From an uncultured Alphaproteobacteria bacterium (GTDB lineage: Bacteria > Pseudomonadota > Alphaproteobacteria > CAAHEQ01 > UBA3637), in assembly GCA_949286465.1 (NCBI GenBank), contig CASECI010000011.1, positions 1 through 61,494 on the forward strand: 61,494 nt of DNA, read 5' to 3'. The notes beneath the pieces are model-generated. The model did no database searches. It was given only the letters and a program-made list of their open reading frames with translations, and was not told the DNA's origin. This document shows positions 1 to 10,146 of this stretch, in pieces. The first letter of the stretch is position 1. Every line of letters starts with the position of its first letter. The position numbers and the translations under genes were made by a program.

Positions 1-239
1 TCAATATCGTAAGAAAGTCCAGACTCAGAATAAAAATCTGCCGGAACCCTACCTTTGCCCGTATCCATCACATGCAATGCCAACAAATGCACATCATTGT
101 AAATCGTATTCGCTCGATGCTTGTTCATCGCATAGGTAAAACCAACTAACGCCGTAATACTTAATACCCCTATTATCGCAAGTACTGCTAACATCTCTAA
201 CATACTACGACCGTGTTGCTTGGCATTATTTTTTATCAT
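1..239 (-). CDS. Pilin-like protein with GRSMLE prepilin-type N-terminus (partial, runs off left end)
   Basis: Manual translation from ATG 239: MIKNNAKQHGRSMLEMLAVLAIIGVLSITALVGFTYAMNKHRANTIYNDVHLLALHV...; GGGAG SD upstream; open to window edge; not in ORF track. Confidence 0.85.
   Translation of the reverse strand, partial: MIKNNAKQHGRSMLEMLAVLAIIGVLSITALVGFTYAMNKHRANTIYNDVHLLALHVMDTGKGRVPADFYSESGLSYDI
105..221 (-). repeat. Inverted copy of 61141..61257 (conserved pilin-like 5' region)
   Basis: Hand alignment gives 102/117 nt identical, including a 43/44 nt core. Confidence 0.85.
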
Positions 240-340
240 ATCATAGACTCCCTTTTAATATAAATCTTAGCAATTTATTATTAATTTACCCATCTTTCTC
301 TAAATTTTGTCAAGAGAAAATTAGACTTTCCGACATAAAT

Positions 341-368
341 TGACTTTGGATGGATTTTTCAGTATAAT
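341..368 (+). promoter_or_regulatory. Putative sigma70 promoter of the 410..1027 gene
   Basis: TTGACT ... TATAAT with ~17 nt spacer; AGGAG SD before ATG 410. Confidence 0.55.
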
Positions 369-409
369 AATAAATTGTATATATTTTAATAAAGTACTAG
401 GAGATCGTC

Positions 410-1027
410 ATGACGACAACCTTAAAATACGCTGCGACAGTTTCTGGAAAAGAAGCTTTTCAGCAGTTTACAAATCGTACCGTTTTATCTGACGAGTTTG
501 GACGTCGAAGAAAAACAGAACATCGAAGCAACAATGGAGACATTTTATTTATTGACTCTTTCAAATATGAAACTGACAAAGTCCGAAAACCTTATGAAAT
601 GACGCGTACTTATCCTGGAAAAGGAAAGGACAAAGTTGTGGATACTTTTACAACACATCCGGATGATAATAAAGACTTCGTTTTCTACCGCATTAAATCG
701 CAAATTTACAAAAACGGAGAAAAAGTACGTTCTATACATTATGACTCTCATACTCAAGCAAAAACACTTGAAAGAATTTTTCGTCGCGACAAGAACACTG
801 GCCTTTTACTCATGACTGAAAATTCATACGACAAAACAGGCCAAAAAATCATCCAATCCCGTAGAATGGTCAATTTAGCGGGGCGATATTATAAACGGAC
901 ATCTGAAATTGATAAAAAGCTTGGGTTGCAAACACGTTCGAGCTTACGAAGCACACTCAATAAAAACCAAAAATTAAAAGCTATTAAAGCCTTTTTTGAA
1001 CGCTTATTACCTGGAAAATCTGCTTAA
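410..1027 (+). CDS. Hypothetical basic (K/R-rich) protein
   Basis: 205-aa ORF with SD and promoter; stop overlaps dnaE stop (TTAA); no motif recognised. Confidence 0.7.
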   Translation: MTTTLKYAATVSGKEAFQQFTNRTVLSDEFGRRRKTEHRSNNGDILFIDSFKYETDKVRKPYEMTRTYPGKGKDKVVDTFTTHPDDNKDFVFYRIKSQIYKNGEKVRSIHYDSHTQAKTLERIFRRDKNTGLLLMTENSYDKTGQKIIQSRRMVNLAGRYYKRTSEIDKKLGLQTRSSLRSTLNKNQKLKAIKAFFERLLPGKSA

Positions 1028-4000
1028 GCTTGCCGTATCTCATTCACGCCTGGTATTGATCGAAGAGAGTTGATTATATCAGGCGTTAAGTCATATCCAC
1101 CCTCTAAAGCAACCTCAACATCCCAGTTATTAACTCGAGGGATTAAGAAAACCTTCCCTTTTCCCACAGAAGCATTTTTCAAAATTGACTGTATCGCTGA
1201 AAGACACGCAGGATCACTCATGTAAATCATAACCGAACTACTTACTTTTGTAATTGCTTCATTTAAATACTCAACAGCTTGAAGTGTCATGCGGATTTCA
1301 TCTTCTTTTTTATCTGCAAGAACTGAAAAAATCAAAGGTTGGCCTGATTTTAATTTATCTCGAGATTGAGCTAACGTTTCTGAAAAACACATCATATCAA
1401 AAGTCCCCGACGTATCAGAGCCGGTTATAAAAGCATATTTATTGCCAGATTTTTGAGAAATGCGTTCTCTCATATCATTCACGATTCCAGCCAAACGAAC
1501 ACGTGCAGAACCAGTTGCTTCTATCGTTTTAACAAGTTCAGAGGAAGACGTTATTCTTAATCGTTCAAAACTCGTTTCAAAAGCATCTAATGGATGTGCC
1601 GACAAATAAAATCCTATAGCTTCTGCCTCCATTTCCAATTTCTGCATAGATGGCCATTCTGGAATATTCTCTAACTGAATATTTTGGACTTCCATACTTT
1701 CTCCGAACAGTGATATCTGAGAGCTTTTCCTTTGCGTCGCTATTGCTGCTGAATGTTGGCTTAAACGTTCTAAATTATGATGCAATTTTGCTCTATTAGA
1801 CTCTAAGCAATCTAATGCACCTGACTTAATGAGATTTTCGAAGCACCGTTTGTTCATAACAGAGCTATCTACGCGCGTTATAAAATCTATAATATCCTTA
1901 AATGGACCATTTTTTTCTCTCTCTGCGACAAGAGATTGCATAGCTCCTTCCCCAACATTACGGACCGCAGACAAAGCATAACGAATAGAACCTTCTTCTA
2001 CAGAAAAATTAACTTGAGACTTATTAACATCTGGAGGCAAAATATGTATCCCCATTTTCGTAATATCTCTTTTGAAAAAGCCTAATTTATCTGTATCTGT
2101 TTTATCTAAAGTCATCGTCGCCGCCATAAATTCGACAGGATAATGCGCTTTCAAATATGCTGTTTGATATGAAACAAATGCATAAGCTGCTGCATGAGAC
2201 TTATTAAAACCATAACTCGCAAACTTTTCCATCAAATCAAAAACTTCTGCGGCTTTTTCTTCTGGGACGCCTCTGGCCTTCGCGCCATCAATAAAAATAA
2301 CGCGTTGCTTGACCATTTCTTCTTTTTTCTTTTTTCCCATTGCTCGACGCAATAAGTCTGCACCACCTAAACTATACCCGGCCATCACTTGAGCAATTTG
2401 CATAACTTGCTCTTGATAAATCATAATGCCATATGTTTCTTTCAAAATACCCTCTAGCATAGGATGCAAATAATCCGGCTTTTCTGTACCATGTTTTCGA
2501 GCGATATAACTTGGAATATTCCCCATAGGACCTGGACGATATAAAGCAACAATAGCAACCAAATCTTCTATCTTATCTGGAGCCATATCTTTTAAAATCT
2601 TCCGCATTCCTGCACTTTCAAATTGGAAGACGCCTGATGTATCTCCATCTGATAATAACTTAAAGGTTTCTTTATCATCTAACGGGATATTAATTAAATC
2701 TAACTCTATCCCTCTGGGGCGCAATAGTTCTAGTGTCTTTGCTAAGACTGTTAATGTTTTTAAACCCAGAAAGTCAAATTTAATTAAACTCGCATCCTCC
2801 ACAAACTTCATATTGAACTGTGTTACAGGCATATCAGAATCAGGGTCTTTATAGATAGGCAATATTTCATCAAGTGGATCATGTCCGATAACAACACCGG
2901 CCGCATGAGTTGATGTATTACGATAAAGACCTTCTAATTTTAATGCATATTCCAATAAACGTTTAATTTGAGGTTCTCGATTTGCTTCTACCTCGAATGC
3001 AGGCTCTATCTCTAAAACTTCTTTAAGTGTATAAGGTTTCCCTTTTTCATTGAGGCCATTGGGAACCATTTTAGAAAGTCTATCAACAACAGGATAAGGT
3101 ATTTGTAAAACGCGTCCAACATCTCTAATAACAGCTTTAGCTTGTAATTGACCAAATGTCACAATCTGTGCAACATGATCAAAACCGTATTTTTCTTGCA
3201 CATACTGGATTGTTTCTCCTCGACGTTCCTGACAAAAGTCCACGTCAAAATCTGGCATTGAAACACGTTCTGGGTTCAAAAAACGTTCAAACAACAAATT
3301 AAATTTCAATGGATCTATATCTGTAATCGTAAGAGCCCACGCAACAACTGAACCTGCTCCAGATCCTCTCCCAGGGCCAACAGGAATTCCATGAGCTTTC
3401 GACCATTGAATAAAGTCTGAAACAATCAAAAAGTACCCAGGGAAACCCATTTGCCTAATGATGCCAAGCTCATATTCCATGCGGTCGCTATACTTTTTGC
3501 GATCTTCCTCAGAGCGATTCTTCATACGCTTTTCTAAACCTTCATGAGCTTTTTTAACGAGCAACTCATCTTCAGTTAAGCCACCACAATCATATTGAGG
3601 AAAGGCTGGCTTTCTTTTCTTTAGCATGAACCCACAGCGTTTTGCTATTTTAACTGTATTTTGAATGGCTTCAGGCAAGTCTTCAAAAAGCTTCTTCATC
3701 TCTTCCGTTGTTTTAAAATAATGCTGTGGCGTTACTTTGCGTCTATCCTGTATATCGACATATGTTTTGTCTGCTATACAGAGCAAAGCATCATGAGCTT
3801 CATACATATCAGGTGTCTTAAATAAAACATCATTCGTCGCAACTAAAGGAATATCATTTTTATAAGCTAAATCAAGAAAATCATCCTCTGTTTGACGCTC
3901 TGCTAGCATTCCATGACGCATCATCTCTATATATAATCGATTACCGAAACTTTGCTTTAATCGAAGCAATAAACTTTCAGCTTTATCTTTCTGACCAGAG

Positions 4001-4461
4001 AGTAAATAACGCCCAATAGGACCTTCTGGACCTCCTGTTAACAAAATCAGACCTTTATTAAATTCTTCTAGCTCCTCTATCGTAATATGTGGAAATGTTT
4101 GCTTTCCTTCCCCCATATAATAATGATTAAAGATTTTTAATAAATTTTTATATCCGACTTCATTTTGAACAAGCAAAACAATTTTATCCATAGGAGGATT
4201 AATTTCTTCTTTTATTGTTGGCAATCTTCCAGTTTCTTGTTCTTGTTTTAATAAAAGTTGCGTTCCCAGTATCGGCTGTATTCCCGCATCAGAACAAGAG
4301 TAAGAAAAATCCATACCCCCAAATAAGTTTGCTGTATCCGTAATCGCCATTGCGGGCATATGATTTTCTACACAAGCGTCAATCAGTTTTGGAATTTTTA
4401 TCGCTCCTTCTAACAAGGAGTACTGAGAATGCACATGTAAATGAATAAATTCCGGATCCAT
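1024..4461 (-). CDS. dnaE: DNA polymerase III alpha subunit
   Basis: PHP motif HLHVHSQYSLLEGA, PGRGSGAGS, SMPDFDVDF, FNKSHAAAY, C-terminal OB fold. Confidence 0.98.
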   Translation of the reverse strand: MDPEFIHLHVHSQYSLLEGAIKIPKLIDACVENHMPAMAITDTANLFGGMDFSYSCSDAGIQPILGTQLLLKQEQETGRLPTIKEEINPPMDKIVLLVQNEVGYKNLLKIFNHYYMGEGKQTFPHITIEELEEFNKGLILLTGGPEGPIGRYLLSGQKDKAESLLLRLKQSFGNRLYIEMMRHGMLAERQTEDDFLDLAYKNDIPLVATNDVLFKTPDMYEAHDALLCIADKTYVDIQDRRKVTPQHYFKTTEEMKKLFEDLPEAIQNTVKIAKRCGFMLKKRKPAFPQYDCGGLTEDELLVKKAHEGLEKRMKNRSEEDRKKYSDRMEYELGIIRQMGFPGYFLIVSDFIQWSKAHGIPVGPGRGSGAGSVVAWALTITDIDPLKFNLLFERFLNPERVSMPDFDVDFCQERRGETIQYVQEKYGFDHVAQIVTFGQLQAKAVIRDVGRVLQIPYPVVDRLSKMVPNGLNEKGKPYTLKEVLEIEPAFEVEANREPQIKRLLEYALKLEGLYRNTSTHAAGVVIGHDPLDEILPIYKDPDSDMPVTQFNMKFVEDASLIKFDFLGLKTLTVLAKTLELLRPRGIELDLINIPLDDKETFKLLSDGDTSGVFQFESAGMRKILKDMAPDKIEDLVAIVALYRPGPMGNIPSYIARKHGTEKPDYLHPMLEGILKETYGIMIYQEQVMQIAQVMAGYSLGGADLLRRAMGKKKKEEMVKQRVIFIDGAKARGVPEEKAAEVFDLMEKFASYGFNKSHAAAYAFVSYQTAYLKAHYPVEFMAATMTLDKTDTDKLGFFKRDITKMGIHILPPDVNKSQVNFSVEEGSIRYALSAVRNVGEGAMQSLVAEREKNGPFKDIIDFITRVDSSVMNKRCFENLIKSGALDCLESNRAKLHHNLERLSQHSAAIATQRKSSQISLFGESMEVQNIQLENIPEWPSMQKLEMEAEAIGFYLSAHPLDAFETSFERLRITSSSELVKTIEATGSARVRLAGIVNDMRERISQKSGNKYAFITGSDTSGTFDMMCFSETLAQSRDKLKSGQPLIFSVLADKKEDEIRMTLQAVEYLNEAITKVSSSVMIYMSDPACLSAIQSILKNASVGKGKVFLIPRVNNWDVEVALEGGYDLTPDIINSLRSIPGVNEIRQA

Positions 4462-4470
4462 TTTTAAGCC

Positions 4471-4788
4471 TTAAATAAAAACACCAATATGGTAATAAAC
4501 AAGTGCCAACCAAATAGCAACAAATAAACCAAAAGCAAAACCATAAAATTTAATCTTAGTTTTTGAAATAGATGAAATGATAATCATTCCTATAAACAAA
4601 AAAAACATTAAGATTAAATCTGAACGAAAATAATCAATATCATAAGAACTTGTTGGAGAGGTAGCCAACCATTTTATTAAAAAACCGCCGACAAAAAGAA
4701 GACTAAAAAAACATATAGCAAAGCTATAGAGAAAATAACGCGATATTAAAGAAATTGTAGTTATCTTTAAAAGAGATTTTTTCTTCAT
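4471..4788 (-). CDS. Small membrane protein (about 3 TM), hypothetical
   Basis: Hydrophobic 105-aa ORF abutting the lolD stop and ending 9 nt before the dnaE start. Confidence 0.65.
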   Translation of the reverse strand: MKKKSLLKITTISLISRYFLYSFAICFFSLLFVGGFLIKWLATSPTSSYDIDYFRSDLILMFFLFIGMIIISSISKTKIKFYGFAFGLFVAIWLALVYYHIGVFI

Positions 4789-5469
4789 TTAAACTTCCTC
4801 TAACACACCATTAATTAATTGTACACGTCTATCCATTTTCTGTGCTAATTCCGGGTTATGAGTTGCAATTAAAGCTGACAAACCCGTCTCACGAACTGTT
4901 GTTAATAACTCAGTAAAAACCTTTTCACTTGTGATAGGATCCAAGTTACCTGTTGGCTCATCTGCCAACAGCAAAGAAGGATGATTTGCTAAAGCTCTGG
5001 CAATTGCGACACGTTGTTGCTCCCCACCAGATAATTCACCGCTACGATGTGTCACTCTATTTTTTAATCCCATTTTTTCGAGTAAAAAAAGAGCATTTTC
5101 TTTTGCCTGTTTTTTCGATTTACCATCTATTAGCTGAGGTATCATAACATTTTCTAAAGCTGAAAAATCAGGCAACAATAAATGGCTTTGATATACGAAA
5201 CCCAAATAAGCCCGACGCAATAGAGTTCTTTCCTTCTCGTTCATTTTTTCACAAGCAATATTCGCTAAATGAATGGAACCAGAACTAGGTTGATCCAATA
5301 ATCCAGCTATATAAAGCATAGTCGATTTTCCGGAACCAGAAGGACCAACGAGAGCGACGATTTCTCCTGTTTTAATCTCTAAATTAACCCCTTTTAAGAC
5401 ATGTAGCCGTTTGTCCCCATCACCAAACCAACGTTTCACATTATTCAATTTTAAAACAGGACTGGTCAT
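4789..5469 (-). CDS. lolD: Lipoprotein-releasing ABC transporter ATP-binding protein
   Basis: GPSGSGKST, LSGGEQQRVAIARAL, LLADEPTGNLD; downstream of lolC/E; ATG 5469 overlaps the previous stop (ATGA). Confidence 0.93.
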   Translation of the reverse strand: MTSPVLKLNNVKRWFGDGDKRLHVLKGVNLEIKTGEIVALVGPSGSGKSTMLYIAGLLDQPSSGSIHLANIACEKMNEKERTLLRRAYLGFVYQSHLLLPDFSALENVMIPQLIDGKSKKQAKENALFLLEKMGLKNRVTHRSGELSGGEQQRVAIARALANHPSLLLADEPTGNLDPITSEKVFTELLTTVRETGLSALIATHNPELAQKMDRRVQLINGVLEEV

Positions 5470-5816
5470 AGGCACTTTCCTTCTTTAAATTTTCTATTAG
5501 GACACCGATTACATTCTTCTTCTGTCATTTCTACATAAGATAAATCTTGCCCATAACACGGATAACAATATCCATATATTCCTTGCATTGGTTTATCAAT
5601 CGGACAATCTTTCAAAGCGCACATATTATGTAACATTTGTCGATTAGGACACTTTTGGCAATTTTCAAAATCTGCCTCGATAGGAATGTCCTCATAACAA
5701 TTATGACAAAAACCACTTCTATCTAACAATGGATAGTCTGCAGCACAATCAGACATTTTTATCTGAGCTAAAACAGGAAATGAAATTAAGCAAAAAATAA
5801 CAACTAACTTATTCAT
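5466..5816 (-). CDS. Small secreted Cys-rich repeat protein
   Basis: Signal peptide (..FPVLA); 12 Cys in mature part as two 6-Cys repeats containing CxxCPNR; overlaps lolC/E and lolD. Confidence 0.75.
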   Translation of the reverse strand: MNKLVVIFCLISFPVLAQIKMSDCAADYPLLDRSGFCHNCYEDIPIEADFENCQKCPNRQMLHNMCALKDCPIDKPMQGIYGYCYPCYGQDLSYVEMTEEECNRCPNRKFKEGKCL

Positions 5817-7050
5817 ACCGCAATGCCTCCACCGGATCGGTTTTGGATGCTTTCCAAGAAGGATATAATGTTGCTAAGAATGATAAACTCAACGCCATAA
5901 CTGTAACGGCAATAACTTCTTTTATATCTGTTTTAGAGGGCAATTGAGACAAAAAGTAAATTTCAGCAGAAAATAAATCTTGCCCAGCTAATCGTCCCAA
6001 AAACTGTCGAATTGGTTCAATGTTGTAAGAAACCAGCAATCCAAGGAATAATCCTGCAAGCGTTCCAACAACACCAACGAATAACCCATCTATCAGGAAA
6101 ATAGCCATAATCGAACGGCGACTAGCACCCATTGTCCGTAATATAGCTATATCTTTACTTTTATCTTTAACGAGCATAATTAAGCCAGAGATAATATTAA
6201 ATGCCGCAACAATAATAATCAGCGTTAAAATTAAGAACATCACATTTCTTTCAACTTCTATTGCATTAAAGAATGCCGAATTAGAATGTTTCCAGTCAAC
6301 CGCTATTTGCGAACGAGGTAACTGAGCAACTACTTCCTCTTGAACAAAAGGAAGTATATTCATATCCTTCACAAAAATCTCGATTTGACTAATTTGTCCT
6401 TCATTCATTAAGTATTTTTGAGCCTGTTCAAGAGGCATAAAAATAAAGTTAGAGTCATATTCAAACATACCTGTATCAAAAGTACCAATAACTTCATACG
6501 CTTTCATACGAGGCATCGTTCCAAAAGCCGTCACATTTCCATTCGGTGAAATTAAATTAATTTTTTCACCAATGCGAACACCCATTTTAGAAGCTAATCT
6601 ATATCCGATGATAATTTGATTATCTTTAAAATGACCTATATCTTTTCCTTGATATTTAGAATTTAATAAAGGCCTTTCCTTAAAATCTTGTTGCCGAATT
6701 CCACGCAAAAGAGCCCCCTGAGACAGTAGCTCTGACGAAGCCATAACTTGCCCTTCTAAAACCGGCATAACAGCTGTAATACCATGTATTTTTTTCAAAT
6801 CTATTAATTGTTTTTCGTTCAATGAAAGAGTAGGCCCCCATGAAGGATAAATAGCCATATGACCATTAATACCTAACACACGTCCCATCAACTCATCACG
6901 AAAACCATTCATAACACTCATCACAATAATAAGTGTTGCAACACCAAGCATAATACCCAAAAAAGAAAAGCCTGCAATAACAGAAACAAACCCTGTCCTT
7001 TTGCGGGCTTTTAAATAACGAAAACCGACTAAAAATTCAAAAAAAGCCAC
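5809..7050 (-). CDS. lolC: Lipoprotein-releasing ABC transporter permease LolC/E
   Basis: GVATLIIVMSVMNGF, AAFNII, DIAILRTMGA, DPVEALRYE; GTG start. Confidence 0.93.
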   Translation of the reverse strand: MAFFEFLVGFRYLKARKRTGFVSVIAGFSFLGIMLGVATLIIVMSVMNGFRDELMGRVLGINGHMAIYPSWGPTLSLNEKQLIDLKKIHGITAVMPVLEGQVMASSELLSQGALLRGIRQQDFKERPLLNSKYQGKDIGHFKDNQIIIGYRLASKMGVRIGEKINLISPNGNVTAFGTMPRMKAYEVIGTFDTGMFEYDSNFIFMPLEQAQKYLMNEGQISQIEIFVKDMNILPFVQEEVVAQLPRSQIAVDWKHSNSAFFNAIEVERNVMFLILTLIIIVAAFNIISGLIMLVKDKSKDIAILRTMGASRRSIMAIFLIDGLFVGVVGTLAGLFLGLLVSYNIEPIRQFLGRLAGQDLFSAEIYFLSQLPSKTDIKEVIAVTVMALSLSFLATLYPSWKASKTDPVEALRYE

Positions 7051-7112
7051 TTATTCTATCCTCTTTTATTTTTTAAAAAGAATAAAAGAAATCCTAACAA
7101 ATAGCAAGCTTT

Positions 7113-9395
7113 TTAAAAATTAATATCTGCAAGAAATTTCTTTAAAACTTTCTTGCGACCTTTATAATCAAAGCTAACTTCAACACGGTCACCTTCATCT
7201 CTTATGACTGTTCCATCACCAAAAACTTCATGATGCACACGCTTTCCTAATTTTGATGACGGTTTTATAGAAAACATCCCCGTTGATTGCCCCCAAGTAT
7301 AATTTTCCGTTTTATCTTCTTGCTCTGACCGATAAAAAGAAGAGATATTAGAACCTATATTCATCCATTCATCAGAACGTCCATAAGAGCTGAAATTTCC
7401 TAAGTTTCCTTTTAATCCTCTAGCACTTTGAAAGTCTATGTGCTCTTCGGGCAATTCATCAATAAAACGAGAAGGCAACGCATTTTGCCACTGACCATAT
7501 ACGCGTCTATTCGAAGCAAATGAAATACTGACTTTCTTTCTAGCTCTAGTAATGCCCACATAAGCAAGACGACGTTCCTCTTCTAAAGCCTCTCGCCCAC
7601 CTTCATCTAAGGCTTTTGAATGAGGAAATAAGCCTTCCTCCCAACCTGGCAAAAAGACAACATCAAATTCTAATCCTTTAGATGCATGAAGTGTCATAAC
7701 TGTGACCAAATCTTGATCTTGTTCCTTATCTGTATCCATAACAAGACTCGCATGTTCAATAAATGCAGAAATATCCTCATACTCGCCGGTCATAACATTT
7801 TGTAATTCTTTTAAGTTTTCAAGGCGACCTTCTGCTTCTATTGATTTATCTGTCCGCCACATATTCATATAGCCTGATTCCTCTAGAATCTTTTTCGTTA
7901 GCTCTTTTAGGGGCATCATCGTGACTAGACCTCGCCACTGCATCACATGAGCTTTAAAATCTGTTAATGTCCGTTTAGCTGCCACTTTTAATTCTGCTTT
8001 ATCAATTGCCTCGAATAAAGAAGTATGGTTCATTCTAGCATATTCTTGCAAAACCTTAAGCGAAGCTTCTCCAATGCCTCGACGCGGTCTGTTCACAATT
8101 CTTTGAAAGGCTAAATCATCATTTGTATTATTGATTAACCTTAAATAAGCAACCGCATCTTTAATTTCTTCACGCTCATAAAATTTAAAGTCGCCTATAA
8201 CCTGATACGGTATGCCTGCTTTAATTAAAGCTTCTTCAAATTCTCGCGTTTGAAAACCTGCCCGAACAAGAACTGCTATGTTAGAAAGAGATACCCCTTT
8301 ACGCACGAAATCTTCTATTTCTTCGATAATATGTAAAGCTTCTTCTTGTCCATTCCAATAGCCTTTTATCGTCACTAATTCTCCACTTCCATCTCGTCCT
8401 GGAGCAACACGCAATGTCTTTCCTAAACGGCCTTCATTATTAGAAATAAGAGCTGAAGCTGCTCCTAAAATATGAGCAGTTGAACGATAATTACTTTCCA
8501 AACGAATTGTTTTAGCTGTTGGGAAATCTTTTGAAAATCTTAAAATATTTTCAACCTCTGCCCCCCGCCATGAATAAATAGACTGATCATCATCTCCAAC
8601 ACAACACAAATTACCTGAACCCATTGCTAACAGGCGAAGCCACAAGTATTGAGCCACATTCGTATCCTGATATTCATCAACCAAAATATACTTAAATTGT
8701 TTCTGATAATACCCGGCGATATCTGGCCGTGTTTTAAAAATCTCTAGAGGATGTAATAATAAGTCTCCAAAATCAACAGCGTTTAATTCTTTTAACCGAT
8801 CTTGATACATTTTATAAAATGTCAGAGCTCGACCATACATAAAACCTGTATCTTCATTTTTCGTCACCATAACAGGAGACAATCCTCTATCCTTCCAACG
8901 CTGGATAACATTTAACAAAGCTGCGGGAGACCATTCCTTTATATCAACTCCATTTGCTTGCATGAGTTGTTTAAGTAAGCGCTCTTGATCATCTTCTCCT
9001 AAGATAACAAAATCCTTTTCCAAACCGACAACATTATAATGAGCTCTTAAGATTCTTAAGCCCAATCGATGGAATGTACCAAGCCAGACAGATAACGCAT
9101 CAGGGCCTATCATTTTTTCTAAGCGTTCGCTCATTTCTCGAGCCGCTTTATTCGTAAACGTAACAGCCAGACATTGCCAAGGTTTTGCTAATCCCTTATC
9201 AATAATATAGGCTAAACGAGTCGTAAGAACACGCGTCTTACCCGTTCCTGCTCCAGATAAAACAAGAACAGGTCCTTCTGTTGTTTCAACAGCAAGACGT
9301 TGTTCTGGGTTTAGATTTTTTAAATAGTTAAATTCTTTTACCGGAGCTAAAGAGGATTGCTCTTCATCATCCATCAAATCAAATGGGTTTGACAT
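7113..9395 (-). CDS. uvrD: ATP-dependent DNA helicase UvrD/PcrA
   Basis: GAGTGKT, TFTNKAA, VDEYQD, VGDDDQSIYSWRGA, NYRST, TLHASKGLEF, EERRLAYVGITRA. Confidence 0.95.
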   Translation of the reverse strand: MSNPFDLMDDEEQSSLAPVKEFNYLKNLNPEQRLAVETTEGPVLVLSGAGTGKTRVLTTRLAYIIDKGLAKPWQCLAVTFTNKAAREMSERLEKMIGPDALSVWLGTFHRLGLRILRAHYNVVGLEKDFVILGEDDQERLLKQLMQANGVDIKEWSPAALLNVIQRWKDRGLSPVMVTKNEDTGFMYGRALTFYKMYQDRLKELNAVDFGDLLLHPLEIFKTRPDIAGYYQKQFKYILVDEYQDTNVAQYLWLRLLAMGSGNLCCVGDDDQSIYSWRGAEVENILRFSKDFPTAKTIRLESNYRSTAHILGAASALISNNEGRLGKTLRVAPGRDGSGELVTIKGYWNGQEEALHIIEEIEDFVRKGVSLSNIAVLVRAGFQTREFEEALIKAGIPYQVIGDFKFYEREEIKDAVAYLRLINNTNDDLAFQRIVNRPRRGIGEASLKVLQEYARMNHTSLFEAIDKAELKVAAKRTLTDFKAHVMQWRGLVTMMPLKELTKKILEESGYMNMWRTDKSIEAEGRLENLKELQNVMTGEYEDISAFIEHASLVMDTDKEQDQDLVTVMTLHASKGLEFDVVFLPGWEEGLFPHSKALDEGGREALEEERRLAYVGITRARKKVSISFASNRRVYGQWQNALPSRFIDELPEEHIDFQSARGLKGNLGNFSSYGRSDEWMNIGSNISSFYRSEQEDKTENYTWGQSTGMFSIKPSSKLGKRVHHEVFGDGTVIRDEGDRVEVSFDYKGRKKVLKKFLADINF

Positions 9396-9453
9396 TATGT
9401 TTCCTTTTTGTTCTTTTTGGAAAGTGTACTTATTCCATATAAAATGTCAAGCA

Positions 9454-10146
9454 TTAACGTTCCAAAAGAGTTTTTATGATATAGTTCGCTAAATATAATC
9501 CGAAAACACCTGTGATTGTCATCATACTTCCCATTTGTCGATGTTCTTCTCGCCCCTCTTGAGCTATTTCCGTTGAATAAACGCAGGGAAAATCTAAAGA
9601 AACATTCTTTTTCCTGAGTGTTTTTCTCAAATGAGCAGCCATTGGACAAACTGTCGTTTTTTTCATCGAATCAATATGAATTTTTGTAGGGTCTTTTTTT
9701 AAAGCCGCTCCCATTGATGAAATAAAAGGTATTTTATGCTCTTGCAAATAAGAAATCATTTGAGCTTTAGCCGTTAAACTATCCATGGCATCTATAACCA
9801 TATCTGGTCGAGGGGAAAAAGCTTCATCACACGTTTTTTCATCCACAAACATATCCTTTATCTGAACTAATGTTGTTGGACAAATATCTAAAATGCGCTC
9901 TCTCATAATTTCAACTTTCTTACGTCCAATTGTAGAGTGCAATGCAACCAACTGACGATTAATATTGCTTATAGTAACTTTATCAAAATCTATGACAACA
10001 ATTTGACCTATTCCCGTTCTTGCTAAGGCTTCTATTGCAACAGAACCAACAGCACCGCACCCAACAACAGTAACCATTGAATGGCGTAATCTCTCCATTC
10101 TGTCATCACCTATTAATAATCGTGTCCTGCTAAATTGATCTTCCAT
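9454..10146 (-). CDS. tcdA: tRNA threonylcarbamoyladenosine dehydratase (ThiF family)
   Basis: GCGAVGS, SNINRQ, SSMGAA, CVYSTE motifs. Confidence 0.85.
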   Translation of the reverse strand: MEDQFSRTRLLIGDDRMERLRHSMVTVVGCGAVGSVAIEALARTGIGQIVVIDFDKVTISNINRQLVALHSTIGRKKVEIMRERILDICPTTLVQIKDMFVDEKTCDEAFSPRPDMVIDAMDSLTAKAQMISYLQEHKIPFISSMGAALKKDPTKIHIDSMKKTTVCPMAAHLRKTLRKKNVSLDFPCVYSTEIAQEGREEHRQMGSMMTITGVFGLYLANYIIKTLLER

